Origin: Chloroflexota bacterium | GTDB taxonomy: Bacteria > Chloroflexota > UBA6077 > FW602-bin22 > CADDYW01 | Length of the DNA stretch: 41,129 bases | Assembly: GCA_035293685.1 (NCBI GenBank) | Contig: DATGMJ010000130.1 | Span: 1 to 41,129, forward strand | Reading direction: 5' to 3' | Shown here: piece by piece, positions 9,932 to 17,762 of the stretch | How the letters are laid out: each line of letters starts with the position of its first letter | Position numbering within the stretch: the stretch's first letter is position 1 | Made by a program: the position numbers and the translations under genes | Notes under the pieces: model-generated | The model's database searches: none | Seen by the model: only the letters and a program-made list of their open reading frames with translations | What the model was told of the DNA's origin: nothing

Positions 9932-10564
9932 TCAGGCTCCGACCCGAGCCGGGGCAGTCTTCGTCGATGAGAGGACCTCATCGACGATGCCGTAGGCGAC
10001 CGCCTGCTCGGCGTTCATATAGAAGTCGCGATCAGTATCGCGAACGATTCGCTCCTCGTCCTGACCGGTTCGCTCGACCAGGATGCGGTTAATCAGATTG
10101 CGCAGGCGCAGGATCTCCCGGGCCTGGATCTCCATATCCGACGCCTGGCCGCGGACACCGCCCAGCGGCTGGTGCATGTGGATCGTTGCGTTGGGCAGGG
10201 CATAGCGCTTCCCCTTCGTTCCTGCGGCCAGGAGAATGGTTCCAAAGCTCGCGGCCATGCCCACGCAGATCGTGGAGACCGGCGGACGAATCAGTTGCAT
10301 CGTATCATAAATCGCCAGTCCCGCGTAGATCTCGCCGCCCGGCGTGTTGATATAGAGGTTGATATCCTTCTCCGGATCCTCGCGATCCAGGTACAGGAGC
10401 TGGGCGACGACCAGATTCGCGACCTGGGCATCGATCGGCGTTCCCAGGAAGATAATGCGCTCGCGCAGCAGGAGCGAATAGATATCGAAGGCCCGCTCGA
10501 TCCGTCCGGTGTTCTCGATCACCATCGGAATGATCTCGCGGGGGGGAACGATCAGATCAGACAT
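9932..10564 (-). CDS. clpP: ATP-dependent Clp protease proteolytic subunit
   Basis: Catalytic-site contexts GMAAS (Ser) and IHMHQP (His). 210 aa. It sits in the conserved tig-clpP-clpX order. Confidence 0.97.
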   Translation of the reverse strand: MSDLIVPPREIIPMVIENTGRIERAFDIYSLLLRERIIFLGTPIDAQVANLVVAQLLYLDREDPEKDINLYINTPGGEIYAGLAIYDTMQLIRPPVSTICVGMAASFGTILLAAGTKGKRYALPNATIHMHQPLGGVRGQASDMEIQAREILRLRNLINRILVERTGQDEERIVRDTDRDFYMNAEQAVAYGIVDEVLSSTKTAPARVGA

Positions 10565-10601
10565 TGATCACGTCTCCTCGCAGGTGCACGGGTGCGCGGC
10601 C

Positions 10602-12071
10602 TCAGCCCTGGGGACCAGCGCTGTCCTCCACGGTTTCCTCCCCACCCGGGCGGAGAGCGGCATCGGTCGGGGCCTCCGCGCTGGCCGCTGGCGACTCCTC
10701 CGGTGAAGCCGCGGTGTCGGGTGCTGGCTGCTGGGCGATCTCCACCAGCCGGGCGATCGCCTTGCGCATCCGCAGTCGACTTTCGATCTGCTCGCGCTGC
10801 TCGCGCGTATTCAGCCGCTCACGGATCGCACGAGCGGCCGGGCCGAACTGGGCGGCCATCGCCTCAATCTCGGCGGTCACCTCGCTCGGCGAGACGGTGA
10901 TATGCTCGCGCTCCGCAATCTGATCCAGAACCAGCGTATTCCGCAGGCGGCGCACGGCCCGCTCCCGCTCCTGCTCGCGTACCCGCTCGGGGGTGAGGTG
11001 AAGGGCCCGCAGGTACTCTTCCCAGGAGATACGCTGGGCCGCGAGATCTCCCTTGATCTCCTCGATCTGGGCATCGATCTGCCGCTCGATCATGATCTCC
11101 GGGATATCGACCGTTGAGCGCTCGACAACCATCTGGAGGAGCGTCTCCTCGTAGGCCCGCCGCGCCTCGCGCTCCAGGCGCGCCTGGATCTCCCGTCGCA
11201 CGGTCTCCCGCAGGCTCTCGAGGGTATCACCGCCCCCAACGGCTCGTGCGAACTCATCATCGAGCGGCGGAAGGTGTTTCTCCTTGACCTCGTGAACCTT
11301 GACCTCGAAGACGATCGATTGATTGGCCAGGCTCGGGTCCGAGACATCTGCGGGAAGGGTCAGGCCGAATCGCTTCTCACTGCCGGGCGTCAGGCCGATC
11401 AGCTCCTCATCGAAGCCCGGCGCGAACTCCGGCGGGTTCCGCGGGTTGATCAGGTGTTCGTGCTTCTGCTCGTTATAGAGCACGCGCCCGCCCGTGGTGT
11501 GCAGAACCGTCTCGCCGCCCGGGCCATAGAGCGTCGGCACCGCACCGACTGTTCCCTTGACATCGATGAGAACGCGGTCACCCTCGCGGGCCCCGCGGTC
11601 CACCGATACCCATTCGGCGCGCTCCTCGCGCAGCGCATCGATGGCCTGATTCACCTGCTCAGCGGTCGCCTCGACGGCAACCGGCTGAAGGCGGATGCTC
11701 TGGTAATCTCCCAGCTCGACGGTCGGGGCAACCGGCACTGCCGCCTCGAAGATCAGCGGCTCGCCAGGGCGAAACTCCGGCCGTGCGGCGATATCGGCCT
11801 CCCCGATCGGGTGAATATCGGTCTCCCGCAGGGCCTGACGGAACGAGTCGTTAATCAGGCGCTCAATCCCCTCTTCCTGGATGACCTGCGGACCACCAAG
11901 GTAGCGCTCGACCAGGGGACGGGGTGCCCGTCCTGGACGAAACCCCGGTACGCGGATGCGCCGGCTGATGTCGCGGTAGGTCCGATCGATCGCTTCCTCG
12001 ACCTGTTCGGGCGGAATCTCAATACGGAGCAGTACTTTGCTCTGGGGAAGTCTCTCGGCGGTAACCTTCAC
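10602..12071 (-). CDS. tig: Trigger factor
   Basis: MKVTAERLPQSKVLLRIEIP...VPGFRPGRAPR is the ribosome-binding signature. GTG start. 489 aa, including an acidic Pro/Ala-rich C-terminal tail of about 45 aa. Confidence 0.93.
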   Translation of the reverse strand: MKVTAERLPQSKVLLRIEIPPEQVEEAIDRTYRDISRRIRVPGFRPGRAPRPLVERYLGGPQVIQEEGIERLINDSFRQALRETDIHPIGEADIAARPEFRPGEPLIFEAAVPVAPTVELGDYQSIRLQPVAVEATAEQVNQAIDALREERAEWVSVDRGAREGDRVLIDVKGTVGAVPTLYGPGGETVLHTTGGRVLYNEQKHEHLINPRNPPEFAPGFDEELIGLTPGSEKRFGLTLPADVSDPSLANQSIVFEVKVHEVKEKHLPPLDDEFARAVGGGDTLESLRETVRREIQARLEREARRAYEETLLQMVVERSTVDIPEIMIERQIDAQIEEIKGDLAAQRISWEEYLRALHLTPERVREQERERAVRRLRNTLVLDQIAEREHITVSPSEVTAEIEAMAAQFGPAARAIRERLNTREQREQIESRLRMRKAIARLVEIAQQPAPDTAASPEESPAASAEAPTDAALRPGGEETVEDSAGPQG

Positions 12072-12365
12072 ACTGCTCTCCAGGGCATCTATCGACCGCG
12101 CCTATGGATATGACACGCGAAGATTATAACACAACTCCTGCCGCCTCACGGCGGCGGCCAGCGGGTGGGAAGCCGCTCGGGGCTCCGTCGCCGTTGGGGT
12201 GGGCCGGTCGTACAGCGAAGATCGGCCTCCCACACGGATCTTATACCAGATCCTGCCCATTTCGACTACGCCGCCCGTCCTGACGGTCGGAGCTGGCTTT
12301 CTCGCTCTTGCCGCCCGTGGTTCGATCTGGTACCCTGATCAATAGGTCGTACTGCGATATAAATT

Positions 12366-12390
12366 GCTGGCACGACACACCGGTGCCAGC
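12366..12390. promoter_or_regulatory. Palindromic candidate operator upstream of the MarR gene
   Basis: GCTGGCAC-N9-GTGCCAGC, a perfect 8-bp inverted repeat. It lies immediately downstream of an AT-rich TATAAAT box (12358-12364) and about 60 nt upstream of ATG 12451. Confidence 0.4.
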
Positions 12391-12450
12391 GCTATCGCGG
12401 CACTATCCACCGCGCCCGGTGCCTGTCGCCCGGGATGAAGGGACTTTCCC

Positions 12451-12966
12451 ATGCAGTCGTCAAACGCTGGTCATGCCCCAGAGGATGAATATTGTGCCCT
12501 GGCCGAGTTCCGGTATCTCATTCGTGATTTCCTCGCGGCGAGCGAGCGGATCGCCCGGGCTCACGGCCTGTCTCCCCAGCAGCATCAGCTCTTGCTGGCG
12601 GTCCGGGGATGTCCGCCGGGCACCAAGCCCACTATCGGCTATCTGGCCCGGCGCCTTCTCATTCGCCATCACAGTGTGGTCGGACTGGTTAACCGTCTCG
12701 CTCGGCGCGGACTCGTCATCCGGACGCCAGAGGGTGAGGATCGCCGGCGCGTCGTGGTGCGTCTGACTGCGCAAGGGGCGGCGGTCCTCCGCGACCTGTC
12801 CGCCGAGCATCGCCGTGAGATCCGCTCGCGGGCCCCCCGTCTGGTCGAGGCCCTGGGGGCGGTTATCGCGTTGGGCGCGGGCGATCCGCTCGAAGGTGCG
12901 GTGCCTCCCGCGCCGGGCAAGGACGATGCCATCCGCGGGCGGGCACGGGATCCCTGCGTAGGCTGA
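12451..12966 (+). CDS. MarR-family transcriptional regulator
   Basis: 171 aa with a winged-HTH core (LSPQQHQLLLAV...IGYLARRLLIRHHSVVGLVNRLARRGLVIR). Confidence 0.8.
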   Translation: MQSSNAGHAPEDEYCALAEFRYLIRDFLAASERIARAHGLSPQQHQLLLAVRGCPPGTKPTIGYLARRLLIRHHSVVGLVNRLARRGLVIRTPEGEDRRRVVVRLTAQGAAVLRDLSAEHRREIRSRAPRLVEALGAVIALGAGDPLEGAVPPAPGKDDAIRGRARDPCVG

Positions 12967-13123
12967 CGCCGGTCCACGCCGGCGTCCACCTGCTCTTGTG
13001 CCCGCGCCAGGACTCACGTTCCAGAGAGCGGGGCCGTGCGCGCTGGAGAGACGATCGCGTGTCTGGCGTGGGCTCTGGTCTCCATCTGGCTTCTCTGCGT
13101 GAACTTCCAAAGGAGGATCTCCC

Positions 13124-14980
13124 ATGGGTCCGGGATCGTTCTGGGAACGGACGGACGGTCGTCAGGCCCTGATTCTGAGCGGGGCAGCCATCCTGCTTGG
13201 CCTGCTTGGTGCGTCCGCCGCCTTAGTCCTCTATCGCCTCATCATGCTCTTCACGAACCTTTCCTTTTACCGTCGGGTCAGCACGGCGGTGGTCTATCCC
13301 CCCGACCACCTGACTGTACCAATGATTCTTCTCCCGGCGCTCGGGGGACTGATCGTGGGCGTTATGGCGCGCTACGGTACCGATCGCATTCGCGGCCACG
13401 GCATTCCCGAGGCAATGGAGGCCATCATCACTCGAAAGAGCCGGGTCGAGCCGCGGGTGGCTGTATTGAAGCCTATCTCGGCCGCGATCGCCGTCGGGAC
13501 AGGGGGGCCATTCGGCGCGGAAGGGCCCATCATCCAGACCGGCGGGGCCCTGGCATCGCTCATTGGACAGCTTCTCCACCTGACCGCTGACGAACGGAAG
13601 GTCTTTCTCGCGTGCGGCGCGGCAGCTGGCATGGTGGGCATCTTTAACACGCCGATGGCCGCGGTTGCCCTGGCTATCGAACTCCTGCTCTTTGAGTTTC
13701 GCGCGCGCTCGCTGGTGCCGGTAGTGGTCGCCAGTGCTGTCGCGGCGGTTGCACGCTCTTTCCTCCTCGGCACGCAGCGCATGTTTCCGACCCCACCGCT
13801 CGCGAGCGGGACGCCCGCTGCCCTTCTCTGCATCCTGCCGTTGGGGGTTCTCATCGGGATCGCCGCGGTTATCGTGAGCAAGGGGCTCTTTCTGGTTGAG
13901 GAGCTCTTCGAAGAAACCCTGCGGATTCCGATGGTCCTTGCGCCCGCGTTGGGAGGACTGCTGCTCGGCATCATCGGCTATTTCGAGCCGCGTGTTCTCG
14001 GTATGGGGTATCCGACAATCAGCGCGCTCATCGCGGGACAGTTCACCCCTGCTCGCGCGCTCGCGCTGGCCGCGGCGAAGACAGTCGCGCTATGGGCGGC
14101 GCTTGGCTCTGGCACCTCGGGCGGATTACTGGCCCCGATGCTCCTGATTGGCGCCGGGATCGGGAGCGCGTACGGTCAGGTCGTTGCCGCTCTGGTACCG
14201 GCTGCCGGCCTCCAGCCCGGCGTTTGCGCAATTGTGGCGATGAGCGCCCTGTTTGGCGCGGCGGCCCGGGTCCCGTTCACCTCTTTCCTCTTCGCCTACG
14301 AGTTGACCGGTGATGCCGAGGCGATTGTTCCCCTGATGTTGGGCTGTATGGTCTCGGACATCGTCGCACGCCTCTTGAGCGAGCACTCAGTGATGACCGA
14401 GCGCCTAGCTCAGCGTGGGCTGGTCGTACCGCTGCGATACGAGGCCGATATCCTGACCTACCTGACCGTTGGGGCGCTGATGAGGTGCGACTTTCGGGTG
14501 GTCAATGCTGATACGCCAGTGCGCCTCCTGCTCGCGGAGCTTCGGGCTGCGGAGCAGCCGGGGACCGATCCCGGCGCACACGCGGATCTTCACCATCTGC
14601 CCCACTGGTGGATTGTCCAGGACAACGATGGACGCTTCATTGGCCTGATCACGCGTCGACAGCTTGTCTCAGCCCCGCTCGATGAGGCCCTGCTGAACGG
14701 GCCGGCGCGACAGCTGGCTACGACCAGTGTCGTGGTCGCCTACCCCGATGAGACGATGCACGATGCGCTGGTCCGGATGCTCCAGAATGATCGTCCCTGG
14801 CTTCCAGTGGTCGAGCGCACGCGGCCGTGGAGGGTGGTCGGATACGTCACGCGAGAGGATGCCCTCGCGGCACGGCGGCGCCGTCTGGAAGACGAGGTTA
14901 TTCGCGAGGGGATTTTGCGCCTCGGCTCGTTTCGTCTGGGGGCGCGATTGGCGCGCGAGATCGAGCGCCCGGCTTCCTGA
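13124..14980 (+). CDS. ClC-family chloride channel/antiporter with C-terminal CBS pair
   Basis: ClC motifs are present: GHGIPEA (a GSGIP-like position), GAEGP with the gating Glu, and GGLLAP. A cytosolic CBS-like region of about 170 aa follows. ATG start with an AAGGAGG SD. Confidence 0.85.
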   Translation: MGPGSFWERTDGRQALILSGAAILLGLLGASAALVLYRLIMLFTNLSFYRRVSTAVVYPPDHLTVPMILLPALGGLIVGVMARYGTDRIRGHGIPEAMEAIITRKSRVEPRVAVLKPISAAIAVGTGGPFGAEGPIIQTGGALASLIGQLLHLTADERKVFLACGAAAGMVGIFNTPMAAVALAIELLLFEFRARSLVPVVVASAVAAVARSFLLGTQRMFPTPPLASGTPAALLCILPLGVLIGIAAVIVSKGLFLVEELFEETLRIPMVLAPALGGLLLGIIGYFEPRVLGMGYPTISALIAGQFTPARALALAAAKTVALWAALGSGTSGGLLAPMLLIGAGIGSAYGQVVAALVPAAGLQPGVCAIVAMSALFGAAARVPFTSFLFAYELTGDAEAIVPLMLGCMVSDIVARLLSEHSVMTERLAQRGLVVPLRYEADILTYLTVGALMRCDFRVVNADTPVRLLLAELRAAEQPGTDPGAHADLHHLPHWWIVQDNDGRFIGLITRRQLVSAPLDEALLNGPARQLATTSVVVAYPDETMHDALVRMLQNDRPWLPVVERTRPWRVVGYVTREDALAARRRRLEDEVIREGILRLGSFRLGARLAREIERPAS

Positions 14981-15016
14981 CCGCTGGCCTCCCGCGCACG
15001 TGGCCCGGAGGATACT

Positions 15017-15059
15017 GCGCTCCGGCCACAGTGGCTCACAACCGCTGTGGCCGGAGCGC
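15017..15059 (+). terminator. Strong stem-loop downstream of the ClC gene
   Basis: Perfect 15-bp stem, GCGCTCCGGCCACAG (15017-15031) and CTGTGGCCGGAGCGC (15045-15059), with a 13-nt loop. It starts 37 nt after the stop. No T-tract follows, so intrinsic-terminator function is an inference. Confidence 0.45.
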
Positions 15060-15065
15060 CCCGGC

Positions 15066-15094
15066 TGGCCAGGCCGAGGTTCCTGCCGTACAAT
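15066..15094 (+). promoter_or_regulatory. Candidate promoter for the amidohydrolase-like gene
   Basis: TGGCCA (15066-15071), a 17-nt spacer, then TACAAT (15089-15094). It lies 60 nt upstream of ATG 15154. Confidence 0.4.
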
Positions 15095-15153
15095 GGCCGG
15101 CCAGGGGTCGGGAGGGGCCGACGCCGATCTACGTGCTGGAAGGAGGTCCAGGC

Positions 15154-15870
15154 ATGGCCATTCGCATGGATTTCGAGACCTATCTCGCTGAGGGAGCGGA
15201 TGCCCGCCCGGAGGATCTGATCGCCCTGGAGGACGCGGCTGGCATCGACATCGCGATCGTTATGCCGCGAGTCCAGCTCAAGCCGGATAACCGCTGGCTG
15301 GTTAAGGCGCTGAAGGGCTACGAGAAGCGGTTGATTCCCTGCTGCTCAGTGAACCCTAACTTTGGTGCGGAGGCGGTTGAGGAGTTCCGCCTGGCTGTGA
15401 CCGAGTGGGGCATGCGGGGCTTGAAGCTCATGCCGCCCGGTTTTGCTCTCAGCTTGTCAAGCCCGGTGATGACGCCGATCATGGACCTGGCGCGTGAACT
15501 CGGCCAGCCGGTCACGATTCACACGGGGAATCCACCTGGCCATCCCCTACAGGTCGCGATGCTCGCGCGGAAGTGGCCCGAGGTGCCGATCATTCTGGAC
15601 CATATGGGATACCGGGATTTCAGCGGTGACGCGATCGAGGCCGCGCTCCTGTGTCCCAATATCTATCTCGGGACGACCCTGGTCACGGTCGAGCCAGGCA
15701 TGATTCGCCGGGCGGTCCAGGTACTCGGTCCAGAGCGGATTGTCTTCGGCTCGAATGCGCCGTCGGCCTATCCTGACCTCGGCGTCGAGAACATTCGCCG
15801 TTTGAAGCTCGGCCAGGAGGCGGAGGATCTGATCCTGGGCGAAAACCTGCGCCGGATCTACCGCCTCTAG
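15154..15870 (+). CDS. Amidohydrolase_2 (TIM-barrel metal hydrolase)-like protein with apparently degenerate active-site motifs
   Basis: 238 aa. ATG 15154 follows a GGAGG SD. Family-like segments are VTIHTGNPPG, IILDHMGY and RIVFGSNAP. The track ORF start at 14827 overlaps the ClC gene and is rejected. Confidence 0.65.
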   Translation: MAIRMDFETYLAEGADARPEDLIALEDAAGIDIAIVMPRVQLKPDNRWLVKALKGYEKRLIPCCSVNPNFGAEAVEEFRLAVTEWGMRGLKLMPPGFALSLSSPVMTPIMDLARELGQPVTIHTGNPPGHPLQVAMLARKWPEVPIILDHMGYRDFSGDAIEAALLCPNIYLGTTLVTVEPGMIRRAVQVLGPERIVFGSNAPSAYPDLGVENIRRLKLGQEAEDLILGENLRRIYRL

Positions 15871-15899
15871 CGTGGGCGGTGGATCCGGGGCCTGTTTCC

Positions 15900-15929
15900 A
15901 GTCGGCCAGGGCCGTGGCTCCGGCCGACT
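15900..15929 (+). terminator. Stem-loop after the amidohydrolase-like gene
   Basis: AGTCGGCC (15900-15907) pairs with GGCCGACT (15922-15929), an 8-bp stem with a 14-nt loop. It starts 30 nt after the stop. Confidence 0.3.
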
Positions 15930-15962
15930 AGAAACGGCCGGGTGCCTCCGTGTCTATCCTGA

Positions 15963-15979
15963 CCGATCGGGGAAGCATT
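15963..15979 (+). repeat. Direct repeat copy 1 (CCGATCGGGGAAGCATT)
   Basis: Matches 16034-16050 at 16 of 17 positions. Looser similarity continues about 12 nt further (CnTnCnGGCC). Confidence 0.7.
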
Positions 15980-15984
15980 TCTTC

Positions 15985-16008
15985 CCGGCCTGGCGGCCGC
16001 CAGGCCGG
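15985..16008. repeat. 24-bp perfect palindrome
   Basis: CCGGCCTGGCGG|CCGCCAGGCCGG, checked base by base. It lies between the two direct-repeat copies, about 190 nt upstream of the parA-like start. Confidence 0.9.
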
Positions 16009-16033
16009 ACGTGCTTCTGATCGCTCGTCTCGG

Positions 16034-16050
16034 CCGATCGTGGAAGCATT
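16034..16050 (+). repeat. Direct repeat copy 2 (CCGATCGTGGAAGCATT)
   Basis: Starts 71 nt downstream of the start of copy 1. Confidence 0.7.
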
Positions 16051-16196
16051 CCTGCTGGCCGTTCCTTCTGACTTCCTGGCCCCACCGAAGGTACTAGGCG
16101 CACGGTCCCCGGGCTGTCCCTGGCACCGTATACTCGTATCCGGCGCGGGTGTACGAGCGGGGCACTGCGCAATCAACACGGGCATGGGGAGTCTGG

Positions 16197-17408
16197 ATGG
16201 CTGTTCTCACGGTCATGAATCAGAAGGGCGGGGTTGGGAAGACAACCACGACCATGAATCTCGCGGCTGCGCTCCTAGAGCGCGGCTGGCGGGTTCTCGC
16301 CGTCGATTTCGATCCCCAGGGAAGCCTGACGACCTGCTGTGGGCTGACCGATCCATCGGTGGTGGCGGCACGTCCCACGATCGCCGACGCCCTGCTCACA
16401 ACTGTGCATGGGCCGTTTGCGCGCCGTGCCACCGCCCGGGATGCGGTCGTTGCGACACCCGCCGGCCTCGAAATTCTGCCGGCCAACCAGCAGCTGTCCA
16501 TGGCCGAGACCGCCCTTCATACCGTCTATGGGCGGGAGTATGCCCTGCGGGATACCCTCGCTGGGATCCGCAGTGAGTATGACCTTATCCTCATCGACTC
16601 GGTTCCGACGCTGGGCCTGCTGGCAGTTAATGCCCTGGCCGCGGCCGAGGGCCTGATCATCCCGGTGCAGGCTGAGTACCTCGCGGTGCACGGTCTGGCC
16701 CAGCTCCTAGACAGCGTCGCGCTGGTCCGCGAGCGGCTTAATCCCGGCCTTAAGATTCTCGGAATTCTCCTCACTATGGTCGATGGCCGGACGCGCCACG
16801 GGCGGGAGATCGTCGCCGCAGTCCGCGAGACCCTGACCGGCCGCATCCCGGTTTTCCAGGTGCAGATTCCAGTGCAGATTAAGCTCAAGGATGCGGCGCG
16901 CATGGGGATGAGCGTTCTCGCTTTCGATCCAAATGGGCGAGCGTCCCAGGCGTATCGCGATCTCGCGACTGAGGTTATCGAGCGTCTGGAGAGTGCCATT
17001 CCCGTCGCAAGCGCGGACCGGAAGAGCGGTGTGGGTGACAGTGAGGACAGTGCGCGCGAGCGCGGCGAAGGGGTGATATGCCTCGCGGCACGTCTGGCTG
17101 CTGGTAGCCAGGCCCGGACACCTGGCCGGGATAGTGCGGCGGTCGGGCCCGGACGCGAACCGGCCGGACCGCCGGTACCTCGGCGGCCCGCAGCGTGGCT
17201 GACCGATCGGAGGGGAGATGCCGCGCCGCTCGGGACTGAGGAGCGGAGGGAAAATTCCCCCGGCGGGGACGATGCGGAGAGTCGAGGAACTGGCTTCGGC
17301 GGCCCCTCAGGGGCTGATTCCGGGGCTACCGACGCCGGACGCAGCGACTCAACGCGGAATGGCTCGGTTCTCAAGCGGATGGGACGGGTGCTGTCCTGGC
17401 CGATTTGA
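16197..17408 (+). CDS. ParA/Soj-family ATPase with a ~140-aa low-complexity C-terminal extension
   Basis: MAVLTVMNQKGGVGKTTTTMNLAAAL...VLAVDFDPQGSLT has the deviant Walker A. The Soj-like core runs through ...AYRDLATEVIERLE. A G/A/R/D/S/P-rich tail follows, ending NGSVLKRMGRVLSWPI. ATG 16197 follows a GGGGAG SD. Confidence 0.85.
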   Translation: MAVLTVMNQKGGVGKTTTTMNLAAALLERGWRVLAVDFDPQGSLTTCCGLTDPSVVAARPTIADALLTTVHGPFARRATARDAVVATPAGLEILPANQQLSMAETALHTVYGREYALRDTLAGIRSEYDLILIDSVPTLGLLAVNALAAAEGLIIPVQAEYLAVHGLAQLLDSVALVRERLNPGLKILGILLTMVDGRTRHGREIVAAVRETLTGRIPVFQVQIPVQIKLKDAARMGMSVLAFDPNGRASQAYRDLATEVIERLESAIPVASADRKSGVGDSEDSARERGEGVICLAARLAAGSQARTPGRDSAAVGPGREPAGPPVPRRPAAWLTDRRGDAAPLGTEERRENSPGGDDAESRGTGFGGPSGADSGATDAGRSDSTRNGSVLKRMGRVLSWPI

Positions 17409-17447
17409 GGCCGTGGGCGAACTTAGAATGACTGCGAGGAATCCGCC

Positions 17448-17762
17448 GTGCGAAAGGTTGTTCGGATGCAGACGAAGGGACGAATCACCATCCCGGCCGA
17501 GCTTCGACGCAAGCTCGGTCTGGTCCAGGGCGACTATCTCGTCGTTGAGGAGGGGCCGGGCACGGTCCTGCTGACGCCTGAGCAGATCTATCCTCTGCAC
17601 TCGGAACCAGCAGTGGGCTACCCATCGATCACTGGCTTCACGTTCGGGAGTCCGGATGGGACGGTCCACGAGAGCCCAGAGATACTCGAGATGCGGCGGC
17701 TGGGGGAGAGCCTCCGCATGCGCCTCCGCTCACTTCCCCCAGCAGTCGGTGACGATTACTGA
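17448..17762 (+). CDS. AbrB/SpoVT (MazE-like swapped-hairpin) domain protein
   Basis: N-terminus reads [38 protein letters not shown] 17448 has a GAGGA SD 7 nt upstream, and ATG 17466 is an alternative start. The 3' end overlaps the convergent leuD by 7 nt. Confidence 0.7.
   Translation: MRKVVRMQTKGRITIPAELRRKLGLVQGDYLVVEEGPGTVLLTPEQIYPLHSEPAVGYPSITGFTFGSPDGTVHESPEILEMRRLGESLRMRLRSLPPAVGDDY

Noticed and set aside
12967-13123. Possible fluoride (crcB-motif) riboswitch upstream of the ClC gene
   Set aside because: I saw no match to the conserved crcB-motif core as I remember it. The ClC protein also has CBS domains and a canonical gating Glu rather than CLC-F features.
15871-16196. Canonical parS site (TGTTTCACGTGAAACA-type) near the parA-like gene
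   Set aside because: I saw no such sequence in this region or elsewhere in the window. The palindrome present here is unrelated in sequence.
17448-17762. AbrB/MazE-like gene as the antitoxin of a toxin-antitoxin pair
   Set aside because: There is no toxin-sized ORF upstream or downstream on the same strand. The gene is bounded by the parA-like gene and by convergent leuD.
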